In this document: piece by piece, positions 1 through 6,986 of the stretch | Numbering within the stretch: position 1 is the stretch's first letter | Layout of the letters: each line of letters begins with the position of its first letter | Assembly: GCA_050293845.1 (NCBI GenBank) | Contig: JBNKNM010000139.1 | Span: forward strand, 1-14,443 | Length of the DNA stretch: 14,443 nt | Direction of reading: 5' to 3' | DNA from: Pseudobacteriovorax sp. | Lineage (GTDB): Bacteria > Bdellovibrionota_B > Oligoflexia > Oligoflexales > Oligoflexaceae | The notes under the pieces: model-generated | Told to the model about the DNA's origin: nothing | Databases searched by the model: none | What the model saw: only the letters and a program-made list of their open reading frames with translations | Position numbers and translations under genes: made by a program

Positions 1-21
1 GATTCGATGCTCGCCGCAGGG

Positions 22-76
22 CTTCTCCATTCCTCCCGGCCCTAAAGAGACCGGGGTTCCTGGAGAAGTTTGATGA
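22..76. mobile_element. Putative IS200/IS605-family element terminus (subterminal hairpin); any element would extend left of the window
   Basis: Nested inverted repeats: CTTCTCCA (22-29) / TGGAGAAG (61-68) enclose CCCGG (35-39) / CCGGG (51-55) around CCCTAAAGAGA, followed by TTTG-ATGA (ATGA at 73-76). From memory this resembles TTCCTCCC..CCTAAAG..GGGGTTTCC-type ends of IS200/IS605 elements. No transposase is visible in the window. Confidence 0.4.
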
Positions 77-466
77 AGGTTATTAAAGATTGATGTGTTG
101 CCCCCAAACCACTAGACCTAATGCCATTAAGAGCTTTTTTGGTTCTGTTGCAGCTACCAGGTCTGATTTTAAAATAACCTAACACTCGGGATAATCAAGA
201 AGCTATTCCATAGAAAATTTCTACCAAGGTATTACCCTCGGCATCAAGCTATCTTTTTCCAACCATCCTTATCGACTCAAACCCTGCAATGGATATCGTA
301 GCCAACCTAAAAAATTGGCAGCAAGGCAATAATCATCTTGGCTCGCTTGATTTACCATACTTGGCGAACCCGAAATCGATACGCTTTTTCGACAGTGAAT
401 GATGAATACAAGTGGTCAGCCCGCACTGTGTCTTAGCCTGCCCCATAACAAGCACCTATCCTTCTA

Positions 467-1585
467 CTAGTACACTTTAAGGCGTCGTTTCACCTGTACA
501 TATTTGGATTTAGGAACCCAAAAGCTGTAGTTCTTTGGTAGAGGCTTATGGTATCCCTTATTAAAAAGGCTTTTATTCATGCAGCGATTGAGGTTCTGTA
601 GCTCATGGCGCGTTAAGGAGGTTGACTTAATCAATTTAGCTGGAGAGATTGGCTTTTTTAGGGTTATCTTTGCTAGCTTATGGTGGGCCTTTGAGACTTT
701 ATTTCTCTTATATTTTTTAGCAAAAGCTCTACGAGCTGCTAAGAACTCCGCATAAAAGTTTCGACTGGCAAAGCCGAAACTGGTACCACGATAGTTCTTA
801 ATAAGATGACTTAAGTACTTACTATTCTCGGACTGTACGGCGCGCTTCATACCATATAAACCATGATTATAAGCGGTAATCGCTAAAGGCCAATTACCAA
901 GTTCTCGATAATTTCTTTTTAGCAATTGAGCAGCAGCTGCCGTGGCCTTGAAAGGTGAGTTTCTTTCGTCAATATAGTGAGTTACAGTCAAGTAACGGCG
1001 GGCGGTTGCTGGCATAAACTGCCAGATCCCTGATGCTCCTACTTTGGAGCGGGCTTCAACATTGAACATGGACTCAACAAATGGTAACCGAGTTAGCTCC
1101 TTAGGAAGACCAAAGGAAGCAAATATTCTTTCCATTTCCGGCAAATATGCAGCGGCACGTACCACAGCTTTTGCAAAAATATCTTTTAGACCCCGCTGCC
1201 CCCTTAACTTAGCTTTACCGGCTAAAAGCAGACTTCGATTTTCGCGATAAACTGAAAACAATCGCCGCTCAATAGAACCTAAGTAATAGGCTCTTTCGCC
1301 ATATTTTTGAAACTTTTCCACTCCAGCCATATAGCGTTCGAGCAGGTTTTCAATCCACTTCTCCTCGTCATCTTCATCGCTAAAACCCAGCTTTGGCAAG
1401 TCCACTACGTCGACAATGATTTCTGGATATTCACTATCGTGGATGATGATCTGTTCATTATGATAAGTAAGAAAAACCTGCTCCCAAAACCACACCTGGC
1501 GATCGATTATTGGAGCTGACGGGAAAGCAAACATGCCAGTACTTACCGTCATAGTGGTAATTATAGATATTATCCATGCTTTCAT
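467..1585 (-). CDS. Lytic murein transglycosylase, SLT domain (MltD-like), with N-terminal signal peptide and a degenerate LysM-like C-terminus
   Basis: 372 aa. SLT motifs LPFVESMFN (catalytic Glu), SKVGASGIWQFMPATARRY, and LAITAYNHG. Hydrophobic N-terminus. C-terminal ELQNLN...LPKNYSFWVPK resembles LysM. Confidence 0.92.
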   Translation of the reverse strand: MKAWIISIITTMTVSTGMFAFPSAPIIDRQVWFWEQVFLTYHNEQIIIHDSEYPEIIVDVVDLPKLGFSDEDDEEKWIENLLERYMAGVEKFQKYGERAYYLGSIERRLFSVYRENRSLLLAGKAKLRGQRGLKDIFAKAVVRAAAYLPEMERIFASFGLPKELTRLPFVESMFNVEARSKVGASGIWQFMPATARRYLTVTHYIDERNSPFKATAAAAQLLKRNYRELGNWPLAITAYNHGLYGMKRAVQSENSKYLSHLIKNYRGTSFGFASRNFYAEFLAARRAFAKKYKRNKVSKAHHKLAKITLKKPISPAKLIKSTSLTRHELQNLNRCMNKSLFNKGYHKPLPKNYSFWVPKSKYVQVKRRLKVY

Positions 1586-1588
1586 ACC

Positions 1589-2158
1589 CTAACCCTGACT
1601 AGAATATTTCCGAGGTAATGTCGGACTGGCTGGGCATCGGTCTGAAACTAGCTCTACATGCCGATTTTCCAGCAAATCCAACATTTTTCTTAAACGCGCA
1701 TTTGTGTTACTGGGCAAACCTCCATGGGACTGCGCATTCATGAAAGCTTCTTTAATGGACTCCAAATTTGCTCTGATGGCTATCAATTCCTTTTCAACAC
1801 TATGACCCGCTGTCCTAACTTCCTCAGGATTCCGACCCATCGCACTGCGAATTTCCTTACGCAGTTCATGCCCTAGATGCTGTACACATTGACCGGTATA
1901 ATGTTCACGCAGCACTGGGTTATTATATTGCGCATGCTCCCGTCCAAAAGAATCACCAAAGTAGAATCCCATAAAACCGCAGATAGTAGTGACAAAAAAA
2001 GCGAAAAGAAAAAAAAGTGTAATAGAAAATGCACCAGATCTTGGTTTTATTAATATCTGTGAACTATGGGATTCAGAAGTCACATTTGATTTGCTTTGCG
2101 CAACATTGCTTTTGGGTGGTGGGATGGGCTCATCCAATCCTACCGATGGTTCTCGCAT
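1589..2158 (-). CDS. Hypothetical single-pass membrane protein with helical/coiled-coil C-terminal domain
   Basis: The ORF track starts at 2179, but the ATG at 2158 is preceded by GGAGGGAG (good RBS), giving 189 aa. One TM segment (AFSITLFFLFAFFVTTICGFMGFYFG). Ends 3 bp before the transglycosylase start. Confidence 0.75.
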   Translation of the reverse strand: MREPSVGLDEPIPPPKSNVAQSKSNVTSESHSSQILIKPRSGAFSITLFFLFAFFVTTICGFMGFYFGDSFGREHAQYNNPVLREHYTGQCVQHLGHELRKEIRSAMGRNPEEVRTAGHSVEKELIAIRANLESIKEAFMNAQSHGGLPSNTNARLRKMLDLLENRHVELVSDRCPASPTLPRKYSSQG

Positions 2159-2327
2159 GTTTCTCCCTCCCTGGAACATCCTAGCGAGGACTTAAAATAT
2201 CAGAAATAGATCAATGATAAACCTAAAAAATAGACGTGACCTTCTTACACTGCATAACAGGAAACTATTGACACCATCCTCTCCCTGATACTCTCTTGCT
2301 TGAATCTCTGCAGAAGGGGACTTACAA

Positions 2328-2882
2328 TCAAACCGGATAACAAGGTCTTAGTGAGATTTCATCGCAAATCCAGCCCACTCTTAAGTCATGGGATTCACGA
2401 GGCAGGAGGGGAATTAGCTGCTGGGAAAATATAGCCCCCACCAAACGAAGACCCGATACTCCTTGAAAATAACGATCGTAGAATCCCCCACCATATCCTA
2501 AACGGATACCAGAATGATCTACCCCTACACATGGGATAATAACCATATCTTTTTGACTTGGAAAAACCTTTGCACCTGTAACGGGCTCATCAATTCCCCA
2601 GCGATTTTTTTGCAGAGGAACTCCTGGCTCCCATAAGTGGTAATGCATCACACCCTTAGCTACTACTTTTGGTATAGCCCATTTTTGTTGTTTGGGGCAA
2701 CATTGCAACAAGGATTGCAGGTCCAGTTCTGTACCAAATGCCATATAGGTAAAAATAGTATTCGGCTTCCACTTTTTTATCCAAGGTAGAAAGTTGTCGG
2801 CAACCCTTTGAGATAGCTCAGATCGATTTGAAATCGATTTTCGTTTGTGAAGCAATTGTTTGCGCAGTAGTTCTTTATTCAT
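2328..2882 (-). CDS. ygfA: 5-formyltetrahydrofolate cyclo-ligase (YgfA/Fau family)
   Basis: 184 aa. N-terminal KELLRKQL, NRWGIDEP, IIPCVGVDHSGIRLGYGGGFYDRYF signature, and C-terminal LPRESHDLRV. GGAG upstream of the start. Confidence 0.95.
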   Translation of the reverse strand: MNKELLRKQLLHKRKSISNRSELSQRVADNFLPWIKKWKPNTIFTYMAFGTELDLQSLLQCCPKQQKWAIPKVVAKGVMHYHLWEPGVPLQKNRWGIDEPVTGAKVFPSQKDMVIIPCVGVDHSGIRLGYGGGFYDRYFQGVSGLRLVGAIFSQQLIPLLPRESHDLRVGWICDEISLRPCYPV

Positions 2883-3109
2883 AATTGTTAACTCCGGTGT
2901 TTTACTTTTTTATACTTCATAGTTAAGTGTATGTTCCGCCTCTATTCGCACTCATGGATACCAGGAATGATTTTTTAACTAGATATTTCAGATCCTGGTA
3001 TTATTTATGAAATCAGAAAGATGAATCCAGCTAAGCAAATTTTGCCTTTTTTATTTGACGTTATGTCCCGATGAGATAGTAGTCAAAAAGGAAGCAACAA
3101 GATGGTACT

Positions 3110-5380
3110 ATGGAACCCAAAATCATATATATACATTCTCAGTTCCGGGTGAGATGCGAAATTTCGAAAGAGTTCTGCGATCAGAATCCATCACCCCCTA
3201 AGAAGCTTCTCCAAAGGGCTATTCGTAAGCTCGCTTTTGAGATGGCGACGGGGAATATTGATTCCTATGATTTTTATAACGAACGCCTCCACGAAGTATG
3301 GGATCTCTACCGCAATTCGTCTGCTCCCAAAACTGATGTTATAGCGATAACTCTAGCCACTGGCTGTCCTCAATTAAATGGCATCATCATAAGATCCCAA
3401 AGAAATGATTCCCAAATTGCTGCCAATGTCACAATAACAGCAGGAACAGATGAGGTCATCTCATGGCGGCCTGAACTACTAAAATATTACATTACCACAA
3501 AAATTAGAGCCTTTGCCCCAGATAGACTTATCAATACGGCAGAACTTTACGGATTATGGTATCTGGCGAGCCAGGGGGAAGAGATAAAAGATGTACCGAT
3601 TCATTTTTTAGAACCCGCCCATAAACCGACTACAGCAGCGACCTTAAAAGTACTACCATCTCTAGGGGGCATAATCGCATTGTATTGCTATAAGGTTACT
3701 AGCCTACAAGACAAATTGCCTCAGCAAAAGATTCTCCAAGCCTGTGCAAAGCTAGCAAAGAAAGAGTTTGGCTCCAAAAATTTTATCATTTTAAAAAATG
3801 ATATTATTAGCAAACTACAATCTGCAGTACGGGGAGTTGAGCGTTTTAATTTGGACCTTCCTATCGTTATGGTTGCAGCTATTCGACAACCCAAAAGTAA
3901 GAAAATTACAAAGATCTTACGGCAGAAAGCTAAAGAAGAGACGATAAGTACCTACGAGGCATTTAAGGAAAGATTTTCAAACTACTTAAGTATCAATGCA
4001 AGTTTTGATCTTATGACAGCTAGACTAAGCCTCGACCGTAAAGCATATCTTGACTTTCCTGAAATCGAAAGTAGTTGGATCAAAAACATTGTAGAAAAGC
4101 TCGGCTATCGAACTACTTCTGAGTCATTTGATAAAATGGAAAGTTTCCTTAAAAATCATATTCCTTTAGAGGATTTTGAATTCGCTTTTGGACGCAATCC
4201 TCAAGATGCGGACCAACCCTATATTCATCCCCTATATCAGGACGAAGAACTGCCAGGAGAGCATGAAACGGTTGACTTTCGTAAGATGAGCCGGCATGAA
4301 ATCGTAAAGCAGAGGGAACCCATCGCTGAAATCCGCTACATGATACAGGGGCAAGACGGCTATAATGTAAAAGGCGAGACAATCCCTTCTAAAGCTTTAA
4401 GCCATCTAGAGTACACCTACGACGAAGAAGGAATTAGAGTAAATGACAAAAATCAATTTATCGCACTGTTCGATGGCATTCCCAAAATCGAAAAGAATCA
4501 CATATCATTGAGTAAAATCTTGATACACAAAGGCAATGTAAACTTTACCTCTGGTGATATTGATTTTTCTGGAACGGTCGTTGTAAAAGGTGATATTGAG
4601 CAAGGAGCTACGCTTCGTGTCAAAGGAGACACTCATATTCATGGAAGTGTCTATGGTGGTAATCTGTTTATTGATGGCAACGTAGAAATTAACAATGGCA
4701 TCCGTTCTGGAGCTCCAGGTAGTATTAAGATATCAGGGGACATGGCAGTTGATTTTATTGAAAACTCTCATGTTGAAGTCAGGGGTACTATTACCACTAA
4801 AAAAGGAATTATTGGTGGCCTCACCTTGGTAGGCAGAGATTTGGAAGTGATTTCGAGAGTCGGTAAGATCTATGCCTGTAGACTTTACGTTTCAAATGAG
4901 GTGAGATGCCAAGATTTAGGTAAAAGCAGTGCTAAACGAACAGATGTCTACTTGGGAGTAGACTTCAACCTTTCCCAAAGGGCTACAAAAACTCAAAGAA
5001 GACTCGATTTTTTTGAAGAGCTACTTGAGGAAACACAACTATCTTTTCAAAATTTACAACAAAAAAAAATTCTCCCTGGAAAACAGGAAAAGCGCCGGCT
5101 AGAGCTGGAAGCCATGACCAATCGGCTGAACAAACTGAAAAGAATTGCAAAACACTTGAAGGCTCGTTTTTACTTTTTCACAAGAGGAACAGATCTGAAC
5201 GATCATTCTCGCTGTATGGTAAATGGAATCCTTTCTACCAATTGCTACTTCCATTTTGGCAAAAAGGTGATTAAAGCCCCCACCGAGATAGCCAGTATTA
5301 TGGCTCGCCATAATACCCATGGAAAGTCGCCTAAGGATTATTTTTTTCCTATTAAAAATGACGATTCATCAGCTTCTTAG
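3110..5380 (+). CDS. FapA / DUF342 family protein (flagellar assembly protein A-like) with long N-terminal extension
   Basis: 756 aa. VDFRKM..IVKQREPIAE, GQDGYNVKGETIP, then the beta-helix GNVNFTSGDIDFSGTVVVKGDIEQGATLRVKGDTHIHGSV, FIENSHVEVRG, LGKSSAKRTDVYLGVD and a C-terminal coiled coil. All are typical of DUF342. Confidence 0.85.
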   Translation: MEPKIIYIHSQFRVRCEISKEFCDQNPSPPKKLLQRAIRKLAFEMATGNIDSYDFYNERLHEVWDLYRNSSAPKTDVIAITLATGCPQLNGIIIRSQRNDSQIAANVTITAGTDEVISWRPELLKYYITTKIRAFAPDRLINTAELYGLWYLASQGEEIKDVPIHFLEPAHKPTTAATLKVLPSLGGIIALYCYKVTSLQDKLPQQKILQACAKLAKKEFGSKNFIILKNDIISKLQSAVRGVERFNLDLPIVMVAAIRQPKSKKITKILRQKAKEETISTYEAFKERFSNYLSINASFDLMTARLSLDRKAYLDFPEIESSWIKNIVEKLGYRTTSESFDKMESFLKNHIPLEDFEFAFGRNPQDADQPYIHPLYQDEELPGEHETVDFRKMSRHEIVKQREPIAEIRYMIQGQDGYNVKGETIPSKALSHLEYTYDEEGIRVNDKNQFIALFDGIPKIEKNHISLSKILIHKGNVNFTSGDIDFSGTVVVKGDIEQGATLRVKGDTHIHGSVYGGNLFIDGNVEINNGIRSGAPGSIKISGDMAVDFIENSHVEVRGTITTKKGIIGGLTLVGRDLEVISRVGKIYACRLYVSNEVRCQDLGKSSAKRTDVYLGVDFNLSQRATKTQRRLDFFEELLEETQLSFQNLQQKKILPGKQEKRRLELEAMTNRLNKLKRIAKHLKARFYFFTRGTDLNDHSRCMVNGILSTNCYFHFGKKVIKAPTEIASIMARHNTHGKSPKDYFFPIKNDDSSAS

Positions 5381-5766
5381 CTGTTTACTAGAAATGGCGA
5401 ATATTTATTGTCAACCTGTTTGATATGACCTACCAACCAAGCTTCTAGAAATATTACAATGTGCTCTCGCAGGTCAGGGGAGTCATCTTTTTGTATCTCG
5501 CGTGCAAAATACTGTAGCTTCTTCATGAGATTTCTGTGGATACGCTGGTGGTCTTCTAAATCTGAATATGCGATCGACTCCATGATTTCTTCTTCATAAA
5601 AAAAATGCTCCTGAGTAAGCTGTATTAATTCCAACAAGATCATACGTAAGCTTTCAGTATCAGCTTCTTTATGCTCCTCAAATTTAGCCATTTGCTTTAG
5701 GAGACCTTGATGCTGATTATCAATCTGCAAATCTTTGACTGCTAAATCATTTGTCCACTCAAACAT
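5377..5766 (-). CDS. Single-domain bacteriohemerythrin (non-heme di-iron O2-binding protein)
   Basis: Likely start is the ATG at 5766 (MFEWTNDL, GGGGA upstream), 129 aa. Complete ligand set: IDNQH, HFFYEE, HQRIH, WLVGHIKQVD. Confidence 0.93.
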   Translation of the reverse strand: MFEWTNDLAVKDLQIDNQHQGLLKQMAKFEEHKEADTESLRMILLELIQLTQEHFFYEEEIMESIAYSDLEDHQRIHRNLMKKLQYFAREIQKDDSPDLREHIVIFLEAWLVGHIKQVDNKYSPFLVNS

Positions 5767-5836
5767 CCGATATTTCCCCAAAGCAAAAAAGGTACTCCCC
5801 TTAAAGAGAAGCACCTCAAAATGTCATTTTTAAGGA

Positions 5837-6847
5837 TTATTGCACCGTAACATTTTTGATATACTGCCACTCCCAACGACCTGATACTTCAGAAAAGGCA
5901 CCAACACGAATATCGTATGTTCCGGGGCTAACACCCTGTAAAGCTATACTTGTTCCAGAAGTGCCAAACCTGTATTGCGGCTGAACCCAGCTACCCCCGG
6001 CACCCACAACCTCTACGGAATAACGGGCAATTCTTTCACCTGCCTGCCATGAAACAACACCACCGTTCCCTGATACCTGCCCACCACTTTGCGGCTGAGA
6101 AATGGGAAAACTGCGACGCTCAGGTGCTGTAATACGGAACATTCTGACTTCGCTAGCACCCTCCGCATTTACAACCTGCCAATACCAAGTTCCAGGGTAG
6201 GGATTATCAAAGGCGTAAAAGGTAGCACCATTAAGAGGTACTGACTTTGCGAGTGGTTGCATGCTAGGACTACGAGAAAAATTGATACGATCAGCAGCTC
6301 CTTCCCAGGTAAACTCTGCCGCTGCAGCTGTTTCATCATAGCCTCGACGGGCACCATCTGGTGGGCTGGTTATTTGGAAGGTTCCCGTATTTTGCATGGG
6401 CATGGTCTCTTCCATCATGGCGCCTTCTTCCATTTGAGTCTCTTCAGCAAGACTCTCAGTACCATCTGGAACATCAGCTAAGTCATCACCCTCAGCAAGA
6501 TCGGCAAGTTCATCCTCACCAATGCCCTCGGCATCTTCTGGAATATCGTCTGCAACCTCATCAGCAAACTCATCAGCAAATGGGTCATCTGGAGACGATG
6601 TCATGAAAAAGGCCACAGCTCCCAAAGCAAGCAGTACTATAGCACCAATAATAATGTATTTGGTACGATTTTCAGAACTAAAGCTACCACTTTTAAAGAT
6701 CTGCGAAACAGCATTAGTATTAGTGCCAAAGTCGCTTGAAAATTCTCCTTTTAAATCCCCAGTGAAGGGATTATTACCAGCCTGAGTGTCAGAACTAGTG
6801 TTGGTGTTAAAAGCAACATTTGACTGCGGATCATTATTATCGTTCAT
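5837..6847 (-). CDS. Hypothetical bitopic membrane protein: polar N-tail, one TM helix, D/E-rich linker, two Ig/FN3-like beta domains
   Basis: 336 aa. TM YIIIGAIVLLALGAVAFFM, acidic stretch (DDPFADEFADEVADDIPEDAEGIGEDE...), and tandem beta-rich units (SPPDG..FTWEG..PGTWYWQV; PQSG..VSWQ..PGTYDIRV). GGAG/GGGG upstream of the ATG. Confidence 0.8.
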   Translation of the reverse strand: MNDNNDPQSNVAFNTNTSSDTQAGNNPFTGDLKGEFSSDFGTNTNAVSQIFKSGSFSSENRTKYIIIGAIVLLALGAVAFFMTSSPDDPFADEFADEVADDIPEDAEGIGEDELADLAEGDDLADVPDGTESLAEETQMEEGAMMEETMPMQNTGTFQITSPPDGARRGYDETAAAAEFTWEGAADRINFSRSPSMQPLAKSVPLNGATFYAFDNPYPGTWYWQVVNAEGASEVRMFRITAPERRSFPISQPQSGGQVSGNGGVVSWQAGERIARYSVEVVGAGGSWVQPQYRFGTSGTSIALQGVSPGTYDIRVGAFSEVSGRWEWQYIKNVTVQ

Positions 6848-6927
6848 CCCCTACTCCATCCAGAGAGACAAAAGATTCACTAAACTATTTGCAGATTGAG
6901 CAAACTATCAACGGTGTCTCTATATTA

Positions 6928-6956
6928 AGTTTAATCAAGCCATGATGACAATTCAA
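6928..6956 (-). promoter_or_regulatory. Putative sigma70-type promoter for the 336-aa membrane protein gene
   Basis: Minus strand TTGAAT (6956-6951), 17-bp spacer, TAAACT (6933-6928). Confidence 0.35.
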
Positions 6957-6986
6957 CTCAGCACACAAAATTTGCGTTTTTTTTTA

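Noticed and set aside
2268..2294. Plus-strand TTGACA...TACTCT promoter antisense to ygfA
   Set aside because: The spacer is only 15 bp and there is no downstream plus-strand gene; likely chance in AT-rich DNA.
3048..3082. Sigma28 promoter (CCCGATGA) or sigma70 promoter (TTGACG) for the fapA-like gene
   Set aside because: There is no TAAA -35 at the right spacing for sigma28, and no convincing -10 at 17 bp from TTGACG.
2883..3109. 6S RNA (ssrS) upstream of ygfA
   Set aside because: The position is suggestive, but I could not find a ~180-nt closing stem with central bubble or any recognisable 6S motifs. Only a local IR is supported.
5767..5814. 16-aa N-terminal extension of hemerythrin
   Set aside because: The family typically starts at M-x-x-W; the ATG at 5766 has a suitable RBS.
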